Source: Halogeometricum borinquense DSM 11551 (lineage in GTDB: Archaea; Halobacteriota; Halobacteria; Halobacteriales; Haloferacaceae). Taken from it: a stretch of DNA of 32,000 nucleotides. Of the stretch, positions 1-9,701 are shown piece after piece. The stretch lies in assembly GCF_000172995.2 (NCBI RefSeq), contig NC_014729.1:840001-872000 (forward strand), written 5' to 3'. The position numbers and the translations under genes were made by a program. A model generated the notes under the pieces. The model had not been told where the DNA came from and searched no databases. It saw only the letters and a list, made by a program, of their open reading frames with translations. Every line of letters starts with the position of its first letter. The first letter of the stretch is position 1.

Positions 1-1011
1 GAGGACGAACTGTACGCCACGCCGACGCGAACGCTGGTCTATCGGTCGGAGGGGCTGCTTTCGGACGAGACAGTAGAGGAGTACTCTCACAACGCCGAAC
101 GCATTACCGTCTCAGAAGGGCGGCGAAAAGCCAAGATCACGCTCGATTACGGTCTCGACGGCGAACAGACGTTCGGCCTCTCGGTGAAGCACCTCGACCG
201 CGCTCTTCATCCGGTCGTCCAAGGCGTCCTGAAATCGAACGGCACTCTCGCGGACAACGAATCCGTCGAACGACTGTTCCGGTTTAGCGAACTCACACTC
301 GTTGTTGCCACCGGCCGCGTTGTCAAGCACATCGGGTCGGCGCTCTGGGACGAAGACTTCGAGGAGTACCGCTTCGACGACGTGACCGACCTCCAGTTCG
401 AGGGTGGGAGCGTCGCCACCTCCGTCGTGATGACGGTCAACGGCCGCCAAGAGCGTTTTAAAGCGCCGAACGACGAAGCGCGCCAACTGCGCGAAACGCT
501 CGAATCGGCGCTGTTGGGTTACTGGGGGGTCTCCTCATTGGACGAACTCCGCGAAGCGAACGAACCCGACGAGGACGACGAACCGGCAGGCGACAAGGAC
601 GTATCGTTTGGCGACGGTCCTGACCCGCTGAGCGCTAACCCGACGGAACTCTCCGAAGAACCGGCGAACGCGACACGCGCGGAGTCGGAGTCACCGCCCG
701 CTGAGACGGCAGACGCCGCAGGAGGACAGCAGAGCGGGGGCCAACAGAGCGGGAGTCAACAGAGCGTGAGCCAGCAGGTCGAAACTGCCTCCCAGACCGT
801 CGAAGCCGAGGCCCAGACACAGACGCCGACCAACGAGGCTGACGACGGCTTCGGCGGGTCGGGCTTTCAGTCTGCGGCGGCAGACGCCGACGAACGTGTC
901 GCTGAGGAACTCGCTGAACTGCGCGCGACGGTCGACCAACAAGGCGAAGAGATTCGTCAGCAGCGCGAACTCATCGAGCAACTTATCGAAGAGCTGCGCC
1001 GCGGTCGATAA
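1..1011 (+). CDS. PH-domain (bacterial-type, bPH/YokE-like) protein, 5' end cut by the window edge, with a Q/S-rich low-complexity region and a helical tail
   Basis: Frame 1 is open from nt 1. There is no stop, and no ATG before the GTG at 184 that the ORF track uses. The residues before 184 (..LVYRSEGLLSDETVEEYSHNAERITVSEG..) look like a first copy of the fold seen after 184 (..VVATGRVVKHIGSALWDEDFEEYRFDDVTDLQFEGG..VNGRQERFKAP). The tail carries GGQQSG-type repeats and a heptad-like EELAELR..EEIRQQRELIEQLIEELRR. Confidence 0.6.
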   Translation, partial: EDELYATPTRTLVYRSEGLLSDETVEEYSHNAERITVSEGRRKAKITLDYGLDGEQTFGLSVKHLDRALHPVVQGVLKSNGTLADNESVERLFRFSELTLVVATGRVVKHIGSALWDEDFEEYRFDDVTDLQFEGGSVATSVVMTVNGRQERFKAPNDEARQLRETLESALLGYWGVSSLDELREANEPDEDDEPAGDKDVSFGDGPDPLSANPTELSEEPANATRAESESPPAETADAAGGQQSGGQQSGSQQSVSQQVETASQTVEAEAQTQTPTNEADDGFGGSGFQSAAADADERVAEELAELRATVDQQGEEIRQQRELIEQLIEELRRGR

Positions 1012-1028
1012 TCGACGCAGAGTCGGAA

Positions 1029-1550
1029 TTACTCCCGACCGAGGACTTTTTTGATACACGAGGAGCCGAACGGCCCCAATTCGCCGGCGTCGAAGCGAAT
1101 GAAATGCCCCGTCGAGAGGCCAGCACCACACCGCCGACAGTCGAAGTCGCCGTCGCGTTTGACGACTTGGCTCTCGAAGCGGACGAACGTTCCGCCGCGG
1201 CGCGTCTGGATGCGTCCTTCCTCCCTGTCGATAACGCCGCGGAGTTCAGCCGTGTCGAGTATCTCTCGCGTGAGTGCCGGACTCGTTGTTACCGTCTCGA
1301 TACGGTCTACGGCATCCGAAAGCGAGAGTTCGTCGGTTTCGACGTGTGCGAGAAGGTCTACGCCGAGTTCGATTCGCTCGTCTCGGTCCATCTCGCGGAC
1401 CTCGGGGCGGTCCGCAGTCGATTCGGGGCTATCGCTCCCGTTGCTCTTATTTCGGCCGTTCCGCGTCCGCTCTGCGCCGTCCGACGCGCTGTCGTCGCTC
1501 CCGCCGTCGAAGGCCGACAAGTCGGATTGCGTCTCTCTGTCCTCGTCCAC
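1029..1550 (-). CDS. conserved haloarchaeal hypothetical protein (DUF5830-like from memory) with a C-terminal CxxC..C motif
   Basis: A 173-aa ORF with an acidic, disordered N-terminus. The C-terminal half looks ordered (..LSDAVDRIETVTTSPALTREILDTAELRGVIDRE..DFDCRRCGAGL..GSSCIKKV). The internal ATG at 1391 (MDRDERIELG) is an alternative start. Confidence 0.5.
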   Translation of the reverse strand: MDEDRETQSDLSAFDGGSDDSASDGAERTRNGRNKSNGSDSPESTADRPEVREMDRDERIELGVDLLAHVETDELSLSDAVDRIETVTTSPALTREILDTAELRGVIDREEGRIQTRRGGTFVRFESQVVKRDGDFDCRRCGAGLSTGHFIRFDAGELGPFGSSCIKKVLGRE

Positions 1551-1675
1551 GAGTCACCTCCACGTCCGCGTCGCACCGACAAAAACACACCGCGGTACGC
1601 TCAGTTCGGAAATCAAGAACAGACGGTCGTTCGGAGGCGCAAGGCGTATAGCTCCGCGTCCAAGAGTGACTGTCG

Positions 1676-2338
1676 ATGGACCGCCTTCGAATCGACTCCC
1701 GCGCCGCTGTGGGGGTGCTACTGTTCGTCGTTGCCGCGGCGGCGGTGCTTCTCTCGCCCGAGGCAGTTCTCTCGCGCGCGGCGTGGGTCGCCGCCGACCC
1801 CGTCCGCCTCGTCGCCGCCACTGTGGCCCTTGCGATCGTCCGACCGCTCCTCGCGTGGCCGACGACGCTTCTCGCCCTCGTTGTCGGGTTCGGATTCGGT
1901 TTCGCGGGCCTTCCGTTCGCTCTTACTCTCATTGTCCTTACGAGCGTTCCGCCGTACCTCTTTGCGCGGCGCTACGGGCGTACCGGTCGTCTCGCGGCAG
2001 CGGGCGAGTCGTTCGTCGAACGGACCGGTGACCTCCGGAGCGTGGTTCTCAGTCGTCTCGTACCTGCGCCATCGGATGTCGTCTCCGTCGGGGCCGGTAT
2101 CGCGGGCGTTCGCTTCCGCTGGTTCGTCGTCGGCACGGCCATCGGTGAGACGCCGTGGGCCGTGGCTGGCGTCCTCGCCGGGACGTCGGCCGAGTCGCTG
2201 GCGACGGGTGACCTTGCGGGCGCGATAGACGGTCGGTTGGTCGTCGCCGCGGCACTCGCGGCCGTGCTGCTGTTCGCGCCGACGGCGTACGAGTGGTACG
2301 ACGAACGCGCCGACGGAAGCGACAGCGACGCGGTGTGA
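1676..2338 (+). CDS. TVP38/TMEM64 (DedA-related, VTT domain) membrane protein
   Basis: A 220-aa ORF with several hydrophobic segments and a ..RLVPAPSDVVSVGAGIAG.. region typical of SNARE-associated/VTT proteins. A TATA-like GTATAG lies about 27 nt upstream of the ATG. Confidence 0.6.
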   Translation: MDRLRIDSRAAVGVLLFVVAAAAVLLSPEAVLSRAAWVAADPVRLVAATVALAIVRPLLAWPTTLLALVVGFGFGFAGLPFALTLIVLTSVPPYLFARRYGRTGRLAAAGESFVERTGDLRSVVLSRLVPAPSDVVSVGAGIAGVRFRWFVVGTAIGETPWAVAGVLAGTSAESLATGDLAGAIDGRLVVAAALAAVLLFAPTAYEWYDERADGSDSDAV

Positions 2339-2365
2339 GAAAAGAGCCGCTACTGCAACGAGTCG

Positions 2366-3880
2366 CTACTCTAACAGCGATTCGCCCGTCATCGCCTCCG
2401 GTTGCTCGATCTCCATCAGTTCGAGCATCGTCGGCGCGATGTCGCAGAGCGACCCGAACGAACGAACGGTCCGCGCGCCGTCGTCGCCGTCGGGTGTGAG
2501 GGAGACGAGCGGTACCGGATTCGTCGTGTGGGCAGTGTGTGGTGTCTCCGCGGTTCCCATGTCGTCGGCGTTGCCGTGGTCGGCCGTAATGAGGACGTGT
2601 CCGCCAGCCGTCTGGACCGCTTCGACCAGTCGGCCGAGTTGTTCGTCAACGGCTTCGACAGCGGCGATCGCAGCGTCGAAGTCACCGGTATGACCCACCA
2701 TGTCCGGGTTCGCGTAGTTGAGGACCATCGCATCCGGGTCGTCGGAGTCGATGAGTTCGATGGCGGTGTCGGTCACGTCTTCGGCGCTCATCTCCGGCTT
2801 CTGGTCGTAGGTCGGAACGTCGGGACTCTCGATGATGCGGCGTATCTCGCCGTCGAACTCCACCTCTCGACCGCCGTTGAGGAAGTAGGTGACGTGCGCG
2901 TACTTTTCTGACTCCGCGAGGCGGAGTTGCGTTTTGCCGACCGCAGAAAGCGTCTCACCCAGCGTGTCTTGCGGTTCCTGCGGCGGGAACGCCACAGGGA
3001 ACGGGAACGTCTCGTCGTACTCGGTCATCGTCACTAATCGAAGCTCCGGCGGCGACGTATCGAACGCCCATTCGGGTTCGACGTCGGCGAGCATCCGGCA
3101 GAGTTGCCGGGCGCGGTCGGGTCGGAAATTGAAGAAGATACCCGCATCACCGTCTTCGAGCGCCGCGCCGCCTTCGACCAGCGTCGGTTCGACGAACTCG
3201 TCGGTCTCGCCGCGGTCGTACGACTCGGTGACGGCATCGACGGCTGTCGCCGCCTCGAACTCGGCCTCGCGGTTGACGATGGCGTCGTAGGCGCGCCGCG
3301 TTCGCTCCCAGTTCTGGTCGCGGTCCATCGCGTAGTAGCGACCCGAGACGGTCGCCACGTCGCCCGTCCCCTCCGCGGCAGCGACCGATTCGAGTTCTGT
3401 GAGGTAATCTTCACCGCCGTGGGGATCGGTGTCCCGCCCGTCCATGAACGCGTGGGTGACGGCTTCGACGCCGCGGTCAGCCGCCATCTCGATGAGTGCG
3501 TGGAGGTGTTGCTGTTCGGAGTGGACGCCACCGTCGCTAACGAGACCCATGAAGTGGACGCGTCCGCCGGTCGATTCGACGTGATCGAACGCCGAGTTCA
3601 GCGCGTCGTTTTCGTAAAACGAGCCGTCTGCGATAGCGTCTTCAATTCGGGTGTACGCCTGCTTGACGACACGGCCAGCGCCGATGTTGAGGTGTCCAAC
3701 CTCGCTGTTGCCCATCTGCCCGTCGGGGAGTCCGACGTTTCGTCCCGAGACCTCAAGCGTCCCATACGCGCCTGTGTCGGCAAAGCGGTCGAAGTTCGGT
3801 GTCTCCGCCGCCTTCACCGCGTCGCGTCTGTCGTGATCTCCGAGACCCCAGCCGTCGAGGATAACGAGCGCAGTCTGCAT
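2366..3880 (-). CDS. gpmI: 2,3-bisphosphoglycerate-independent phosphoglycerate mutase
   Basis: A 504-aa ORF with hallmark iPGM motifs: MQTALVILDGWGLG, NSEVGHLNIGAGR, FMDGRDT, ITADHGNADDM. Confidence 0.95.
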   Translation of the reverse strand: MQTALVILDGWGLGDHDRRDAVKAAETPNFDRFADTGAYGTLEVSGRNVGLPDGQMGNSEVGHLNIGAGRVVKQAYTRIEDAIADGSFYENDALNSAFDHVESTGGRVHFMGLVSDGGVHSEQQHLHALIEMAADRGVEAVTHAFMDGRDTDPHGGEDYLTELESVAAAEGTGDVATVSGRYYAMDRDQNWERTRRAYDAIVNREAEFEAATAVDAVTESYDRGETDEFVEPTLVEGGAALEDGDAGIFFNFRPDRARQLCRMLADVEPEWAFDTSPPELRLVTMTEYDETFPFPVAFPPQEPQDTLGETLSAVGKTQLRLAESEKYAHVTYFLNGGREVEFDGEIRRIIESPDVPTYDQKPEMSAEDVTDTAIELIDSDDPDAMVLNYANPDMVGHTGDFDAAIAAVEAVDEQLGRLVEAVQTAGGHVLITADHGNADDMGTAETPHTAHTTNPVPLVSLTPDGDDGARTVRSFGSLCDIAPTMLELMEIEQPEAMTGESLLE

Positions 3881-4049
3881 ATCCGAGGCGACGGTAGCGA
3901 GTCGTAACTAGGCTTCGCTTCCCGCAGTTGATTATTCACGGTCGTTCACGGCTGTTTGTGGGTTTTTGCGGTGTTCGCCGCTCCCACCGGAAGTGCATCG
4001 TCTATCGAACGCGACAGCTTCTTTCGCCAGCCGTCCGTCGGGATAGTCG

Positions 4050-4772
4050 ATGGACGACGCGACGACTGAGGGAACGACCGGAACAACTCTCCGGCGACCG
4101 ATTCCCGAACGCTGGGTGCAGTACTATCTCGGCAACGGCCCGAGTCTCGCGTGGTTGCTCGTCGTCAACGCCGCCGCGTTCCTCGTCGGCGTGAGTTTCT
4201 ACGTCCACTCGGATCCGTCGCTTCGCGACGTGAGTTCGCTCCTGTATCCGCTGTTCGGTGACTCGCCGACTGCGCTCGCACTGGGAACGCTCTCACTTGC
4301 GACGCTGTTGCCTCACCTCGGCAACCGTGTGCGCGACGCGCCGACAAACTATCCGCTCACTGTCATTCACACGCTGGCGTTCGTCTGGTTGGTGAAGTAC
4401 GGCGTCTGGACCGTAGTCGCCCTTAATCTCCGTCCGGACCTCTACTTCGGCTTTACTCCGGACCTGCTCTGGGACTACTGGGGGATCATGCTCACGCACC
4501 TGTTCTTCCTCGTGGAAGCACTACTCATCCCCTACTACGGGAAGACAACGCGGAGCGCGCTCGCGCTTGCGCTCGCTCTCGCCTTCGTCAACGACGTGTA
4601 CGATTACGGATTCGGATTCTACCCGCCGTTGAAGTACGAAGCGGGCGTCCTGCTGACGGCGATCACAATCGCTCTCTCGGTTCTCTCCGTCGCTCTCGCG
4701 GCGTGGCTGTTTGACCGACAAGAATCCAACACGATGCGGACAGACGCCGTGTCCGCCGCCGAGCGTCAGTAA
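4050..4772 (+). CDS. polytopic membrane protein, DUF1405-like
   Basis: A 240-aa ORF with about 6 hydrophobic helices. Its length and pattern (..YPLFGDSP.., ..WDYWGIMLTH..) resemble the DUF1405 family as I remember it. Confidence 0.5.
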   Translation: MDDATTEGTTGTTLRRPIPERWVQYYLGNGPSLAWLLVVNAAAFLVGVSFYVHSDPSLRDVSSLLYPLFGDSPTALALGTLSLATLLPHLGNRVRDAPTNYPLTVIHTLAFVWLVKYGVWTVVALNLRPDLYFGFTPDLLWDYWGIMLTHLFFLVEALLIPYYGKTTRSALALALALAFVNDVYDYGFGFYPPLKYEAGVLLTAITIALSVLSVALAAWLFDRQESNTMRTDAVSAAERQ

Positions 4773-4804
4773 GCCTCATCACTCCAGGTGATTTACCTAC
4801 GGTC

Positions 4805-5473
4805 ATGGACTCCGCGGTACTGTTAGACCTACTCGGTAACGAGAATCGGCGGCGCATCCTCCGGTTGCTGTCGCATAAACCCTGCTACGTCACCGAGATA
4901 AGCGAGTACCTCGGAGTGAGCCCGAAGGCGGTGATCGACCATCTCAGAAAGCTGGAGGACGCCGGTCTCATCGAGAGCCGTACCGACGATCAGCGTCGGA
5001 AGTACTTCCACATCTCGCGCAACCTCAGACTCGAAGTGAACGTGTCTCCCTATGGATTCGGTGCGAAGAGCGCCTATCCCGCGAGTCCGAACCTCGACAT
5101 GTCAGGTCGGTGTCCACACCTTTCGTTCGATATTCCGCGCGAGGACGCACAGGATTTGAACGAACTCGCCCGGGAACTCGGCCACCTCGCCGACTTGGAG
5201 AACGAACTCTCCTTGGCACAGCGTTGGGTTCACGGTCGCATCACGGACGTTCTCGACCGGCTGAACGAACGAATCGGTGCTGACGCCGACAGCCGATTCT
5301 ACGCGGAGACGCTGGCGGCAATCGCTCGCGGCGAACAGACTGTCGATGGCGTCGCACGCGAACTCAATGCGTCGCCAGAGGCCGTCGAGGAGGCGGTTCA
5401 CCGCCTCGCAGAGCGAGGACTCATCTCACGCGAGGACGAAGGCTGGGTCGTCGCCGGCAGCCCCGTGGCCTAA
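4805..5473 (+). CDS. ArsR-family winged-helix transcriptional regulator with a C-terminal extension
   Basis: The N-terminus LLGNENRRRILRLLSHKPCYVTEISEYLGVSPKAVIDHLRKLEDAGLIE is a canonical ArsR/SmtB HTH. The start lies only 32 nt after the upstream membrane gene. Confidence 0.75.
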   Translation: MDSAVLLDLLGNENRRRILRLLSHKPCYVTEISEYLGVSPKAVIDHLRKLEDAGLIESRTDDQRRKYFHISRNLRLEVNVSPYGFGAKSAYPASPNLDMSGRCPHLSFDIPREDAQDLNELARELGHLADLENELSLAQRWVHGRITDVLDRLNERIGADADSRFYAETLAAIARGEQTVDGVARELNASPEAVEEAVHRLAERGLISREDEGWVVAGSPVA

Positions 5474-5545
5474 TTCTCGGACGGACGGGTCTCGTCCCAT
5501 GATCGCTGATCCGGGGAGAGTAGTCTCCGCGAAATCGGTACAATC

Positions 5546-6037
5546 TCAGATGTCGCGTGTGAGGCCGTCGCGCAGGTCACGGCCGAAGTAGTGTCCGATG
5601 ATGGTAGTGAGGAGTCCGACGCCCGCGCCGGCACCCGCGATAGCGAGGCCGTATTTTGCGAGGAGTTCGACAGCGAACGGAGCGAATGCGAACCCGGAGG
5701 TGAGCGTCGTCAGCACCCACAGGAGGCCAAATGCGAGCGCGCCGCCGAGACCGACTTCCACGTAGTGGCTTCGCCCCGAGAGGAGACCGACGCCGAACCC
5801 GACGGCGAACAGGCCGAGGAAGCGACCGATGAAGCCAACGATGGGAATCGATCCGCCGAGGAACGCACCGAGGAGCGATGCGAGAAACACCACGACGAAC
5901 AGTTTCGGTGAAAACAGACCGGCGAGGCGGCTCTCGTTCGATGTCGCGCTGTTCGACGACGTCGCGGACGACTCGTCGGTAACCGAGTCGAGCGAAAACT
6001 CGGTGGTGGAGGGTTCTTTCTCGTCAGATCGTTGCAT
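5546..6037 (-). CDS. Gly-rich integral membrane protein, function unknown
   Basis: The start is taken at the ATG at 6037 (MQRSDEKEP..). The track's longer N-terminus is basic and atypical. The protein has an acidic Ser/Thr-rich N-tail followed by 4-5 Gly/Ala/Leu-rich transmembrane segments. Confidence 0.5.
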   Translation of the reverse strand: MQRSDEKEPSTTEFSLDSVTDESSATSSNSATSNESRLAGLFSPKLFVVVFLASLLGAFLGGSIPIVGFIGRFLGLFAVGFGVGLLSGRSHYVEVGLGGALAFGLLWVLTTLTSGFAFAPFAVELLAKYGLAIAGAGAGVGLLTTIIGHYFGRDLRDGLTRDI

Positions 6038-6153
6038 ACCAGTGTGTGTGCGGCGCGGGCGTATGGGTTTTACCCCGAGGCGTGAGGGAGATGCGGCGCA
6101 CACGTCGGCGCCGAAAGGGAGATTTCAAGTCCGGCCCGGCGGTATCTCGCCGT

Positions 6154-7407
6154 ATGAACGCAGGGGACCGTGTCCGCGTCGAACGCGCGGGCGTTACGAA
6201 CGAGGGCGTCTTGATGCCCTCGACGACGTCGGACTACCTCGTCGTCAAACTCGACGGCGGATACAACGTTGGCATCGAACGCGACGAGGCCGACGTGGAC
6301 GTACTGGAGACAGACGTGTACGATATCGAGGAGGCGCAATCGGAATCGACGACCTCCGAAATCGCCTTCGACGACGATCTGCCGACCGTCTCGCTCATCT
6401 CGACTGGCGGCACCATCGCCTCGACGGTGGACTACCGTACGGGTGCGGTGACGGCGCAGTTCGACGCCGAAGACGTGCTTCGGGCCGTGCCCGATCTTGC
6501 GGGCCGAGCAAACTACCGCGGGCGCGTCGTCGCCAACATCCTCTCGGAGAACATGACGCCCGACGTGTGGATCGACCTCGCCGAGGCTATCGAGGCCGAA
6601 ATCGAGGCCGGAACGGACGGCATCGTCGTCATGCACGGCACCGACACGATGCAGTTTACCGCCGCGGCGATGTCCTTCATGCTCGATACGCCCGTCCCTA
6701 TCGTCTTCACGGGCAGTCAGCGGTCTGCGGACCGACCATCTTCGGACAACGTGATGAACGCCGTCTGCGCCGTCGAGGCCGCGAAGGCCGACTGCGCGGA
6801 AGTGCTAGTCTGCATGCACGCCTCCGAATCTGACGACGTGTGCGCACTTCACCGCGGCACACGCGTCCGTAAGAATCACACCTCCCGACGCGACGCGTTC
6901 GAGACAGTCGGTGCGGAGCCGTTAGGCGAGATCGACTACGAAACCGAGGAGATAACCTTCCGGCGCGACCACGCCGCCCGTGGCGAGACGGAGTTCAGCG
7001 TCCGGTCTGATCTGAGCGACGACGTGGACCTGCTGAAGTTCACGCCCGGAATGGATCTCGACGCTTACGCCGACTTCCTCCGCGGACAGGACTTAGACGG
7101 TCTCGTCGTGGAAGGCACGGGCCTCGGCCACGTTCACACGGACTTCATCCCTGTCCTCGAAGAACTGGTCGAGTCGGGCACCGTCGTCACCATGACGACG
7201 CAGTGTCTCGAAGGCCGCGTCTGCGACCGCGTCTACGACACGGGTCGTGATCTCCTTGAGGCAGGTGTCGTCGAAGCAGGCGACACCCTCCCCGGTACCG
7301 CGAAAGTGAAACTCATGTGGGCAGTTGCGAACCTCGAAGACCCCGAAGAAGCGATGCAACAGTCGCTGTCGGGCGAACTCACCCAGCGGTCGGTTCCGTG
7401 GGAGTGA
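6154..7407 (+). CDS. gatD: Glu-tRNA(Gln) amidotransferase subunit D
   Basis: The start is taken at the ATG at 6154 (MNAGDRVRVERAGVTNEGVLMPS). Asparaginase-like motifs ISTGGTIAS and HGTDTM are present, and the length (417 aa) is typical of archaeal GatD. Confidence 0.9.
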   Translation: MNAGDRVRVERAGVTNEGVLMPSTTSDYLVVKLDGGYNVGIERDEADVDVLETDVYDIEEAQSESTTSEIAFDDDLPTVSLISTGGTIASTVDYRTGAVTAQFDAEDVLRAVPDLAGRANYRGRVVANILSENMTPDVWIDLAEAIEAEIEAGTDGIVVMHGTDTMQFTAAAMSFMLDTPVPIVFTGSQRSADRPSSDNVMNAVCAVEAAKADCAEVLVCMHASESDDVCALHRGTRVRKNHTSRRDAFETVGAEPLGEIDYETEEITFRRDHAARGETEFSVRSDLSDDVDLLKFTPGMDLDAYADFLRGQDLDGLVVEGTGLGHVHTDFIPVLEELVESGTVVTMTTQCLEGRVCDRVYDTGRDLLEAGVVEAGDTLPGTAKVKLMWAVANLEDPEEAMQQSLSGELTQRSVPWE

Positions 7408-7417
7408 GACCGACTCG

Positions 7418-8389
7418 ATGAGCACGTACGCGACCATCGAGGACGAGACGGGAGAATCCGTCGCTGTCCGCGCCGCCCGGCCCGACGACTACGACGCCGT
7501 CGCAGCGTTCACCGCCGACACGTGGGCCGACCGCGGCGGGAGCGACTACATCCCCGATATCTACCACGACTGGATCGCCGACGACGACGGCGAGACGCGA
7601 CAGACGTTCGTCGTTGATCTCGGTGCTGAGACGCCATCCGACGAACTCGGTGCAATCGTCCAAGTCGTCATGCTCTCCCCGTACGAGGCGTGGGGGCAGG
7701 GCATTCGCGTCAATCCGGAGTACCGCGGCCGCGGATTGGCGAAGGCGATAACGGAGGCGAGTTTCGACTTCGCGCAGGAGGCGGGCGCGACAGTCCTCCG
7801 AAACATGATCTTCTCGTGGAACGTCAAGAGCCTCGGCCTCGCCCGCGACACGGGGTACGACCCCGGCATCGAGTTCCGCTGGGCTCACCCGTCGCCAGAT
7901 TCGGACGCGTCGGCGTCAGCCGACGTTCCCGTTTTCACCGACGACGCCAACCCCGATGCCGCGTGGTCGTTCTGGCTCGACAGCGAGGCCAGAACGCAGT
8001 TGGGCGGTCTCGCGCTCGATCCCGAAGAATCGTGGGCGCTCTCGTCGGTAACGCGAGACAGACTGCACGCGGCCGCCGACGAGGGACGACTCCTCGTCGC
8101 TGGTGCGGGGCCGACGCGTGGGTTCGCCACGCGCAGTCGGACGTACGAACGCGAAGACGACGGCGAAACAGCGAGGTGGGCGGAGTACGCCGTCGGCGCG
8201 TGGGCGTGGCGGGATGAAGACGCTGCCGAGGCTCTCCTCGCAGCTATGTCGCGTGACGCCGCCGCCGTCGATGCCGACCGGACGCGCGTGTTGATTCCCG
8301 AAGGAGTGCAGTGGGTCTCCGACGCCGCGCGAGCGAAGGCCGACATCGCCGAGGAACCGACGTTCGTGATGGAAGCCGACCTCTCCTGA
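7418..8389 (+). CDS. GNAT-family N-acetyltransferase with an extra C-terminal domain
   Basis: The start is at the ATG at 7418, 10 nt after the gatD stop. An acetyl-CoA binding motif is present (..IRVNPEYRGRGLAKAI..). Confidence 0.7.
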   Translation: MSTYATIEDETGESVAVRAARPDDYDAVAAFTADTWADRGGSDYIPDIYHDWIADDDGETRQTFVVDLGAETPSDELGAIVQVVMLSPYEAWGQGIRVNPEYRGRGLAKAITEASFDFAQEAGATVLRNMIFSWNVKSLGLARDTGYDPGIEFRWAHPSPDSDASASADVPVFTDDANPDAAWSFWLDSEARTQLGGLALDPEESWALSSVTRDRLHAAADEGRLLVAGAGPTRGFATRSRTYEREDDGETARWAEYAVGAWAWRDEDAAEALLAAMSRDAAAVDADRTRVLIPEGVQWVSDAARAKADIAEEPTFVMEADLS

Positions 8390-8393
8390 GCGG

Positions 8394-9416
8394 TTACACC
8401 CACTCGATGCCGTTCACCTCGACGCGTGTGCCACCGAGATTGCTCTGTTCGGCGTGAATCGACCAGTCGTGGAGTTCGGCGATGCGGGCCGCGATGGGAA
8501 GTCCCATTCCTGCTCTCTCAGCTGTCGAGTTGATGACGACGCCGGATTCGAAGATTCGTTCGCGGTTCGCCGGGTCGATACCGGGACCGTCGTCTTCGAC
8601 GTAGAATCCCGTGTAGGTCGTCCCGACGCGGATGCGGGCCGTGTCGCCGCCGTGTTCCAGTGCGTTCGAGAACAGGACGTCGAACAGCAACTGGAGGAGA
8701 TTCGGTTCCGCGAGGAATATCCGCGAGTCCACGACGAGAAACGACGCGTTTTCGTTTTGAGAGCGCTCCCAGGCAACCTCGGCCTGTTCGCGGAGCGTAA
8801 CAGGAACCTGTTCGATGGTTGAATCCGCCTCCGCCAAGGCTGTACCAGTCTTGACGACCGTCTCGATCTGTTCGAGCGTCTGTACGAGGGTGTTCCCCGC
8901 GGCTTCGTCGCGTTGTTCGAGTTGCCGCGCCGCTGCAATCGCTTCCGAGAGCGGTCCGTGGAGGTTCGTCGAGAGCACGTACGCCAGCATTTTGAACCGG
9001 TCGTTCTGCGCCTTCACGCGGTGTTCTGCGAGTCGTCTGTCCGTGATCTCCAAATGCATGACGACCGCGTACTGACCGTTCGACGACGACCTGAACGGAA
9101 CCGCACGCATCAGAAACCATCGCCGTTCGGTCGGCGAATGACACGGATAGTCTAACGCAAACATGTCGTCCTCACCGGAGAGTACGCGTCGGATGCCATC
9201 GGCGGCGAGGGCGGCTTCCTCACAGTCGTGACGGACGGCGTCGCATACCTCCAGATAGTTCACCCCTGAGAAGGTCGGGTCGCCAGTGTAGCCGTTTGCG
9301 GACGCGAACGTTCGCCACGCCCGATTCGTGATGACGATTGCTCCTTGACTGTCGAGAATCGCCACCTCGGTTGGCAGTTCGTCGAACCCTTGTTCTGGGA
9401 GAGAGGCGGCGCCCAT
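8394..9416 (-). CDS. PAS-domain sensor histidine kinase (cytoplasmic)
   Basis: The N-terminal region is PAS-like (..VAILDSQGAIVITNRAW..). HATPase_c motifs are present (..SNALEHG.., ..VEDDGPGI.., ..GMGLPIA..). I prefer the ATG at 9416, although the track's GTG at 9440 is possible. Confidence 0.8.
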   Translation of the reverse strand: MGAASLPEQGFDELPTEVAILDSQGAIVITNRAWRTFASANGYTGDPTFSGVNYLEVCDAVRHDCEEAALAADGIRRVLSGEDDMFALDYPCHSPTERRWFLMRAVPFRSSSNGQYAVVMHLEITDRRLAEHRVKAQNDRFKMLAYVLSTNLHGPLSEAIAAARQLEQRDEAAGNTLVQTLEQIETVVKTGTALAEADSTIEQVPVTLREQAEVAWERSQNENASFLVVDSRIFLAEPNLLQLLFDVLFSNALEHGGDTARIRVGTTYTGFYVEDDGPGIDPANRERIFESGVVINSTAERAGMGLPIAARIAELHDWSIHAEQSNLGGTRVEVNGIEWV

Positions 9417-9701
9417 ACAATCACTTGGTTGTGTGAACACATCACACTGTCGTGCGGGATACGTACAGTTATCCGCCGCGGTCGATGCGCACCGCTTTGA
9501 CGCGCTTGGGAGAAACGGACACTGATCGAGTCAAACAAAGAGCCAACGGACAGCGGTGCGTGCTGCGGATGCGTCAGGTTCGGTGCTGCTCGATTGGTGC
9601 TAGTGGAGTGAGCGACCCGGCCGTTTTCGGTCGAGTGCGGGTCGTGTACTGGTCACGTGCTGGGTGCGTACCGGTCGAGCGCCGGTCACGCCGTGGGTTG
9701 G

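Noticed and set aside
6046-6153. The longer N-terminal extensions offered by the ORF track for gatD. The same applies to the GNAT, idi, SDR, AIR synthase-related, hydrolase, Usp, adk, Bat and 5546-6103 ORFs.
   Set aside because: The extensions are basic, Arg-rich and non-conserved-looking. In each case an internal ATG begins a sequence that matches the family N-terminus, often with a TATA-like box about 27 nt upstream.
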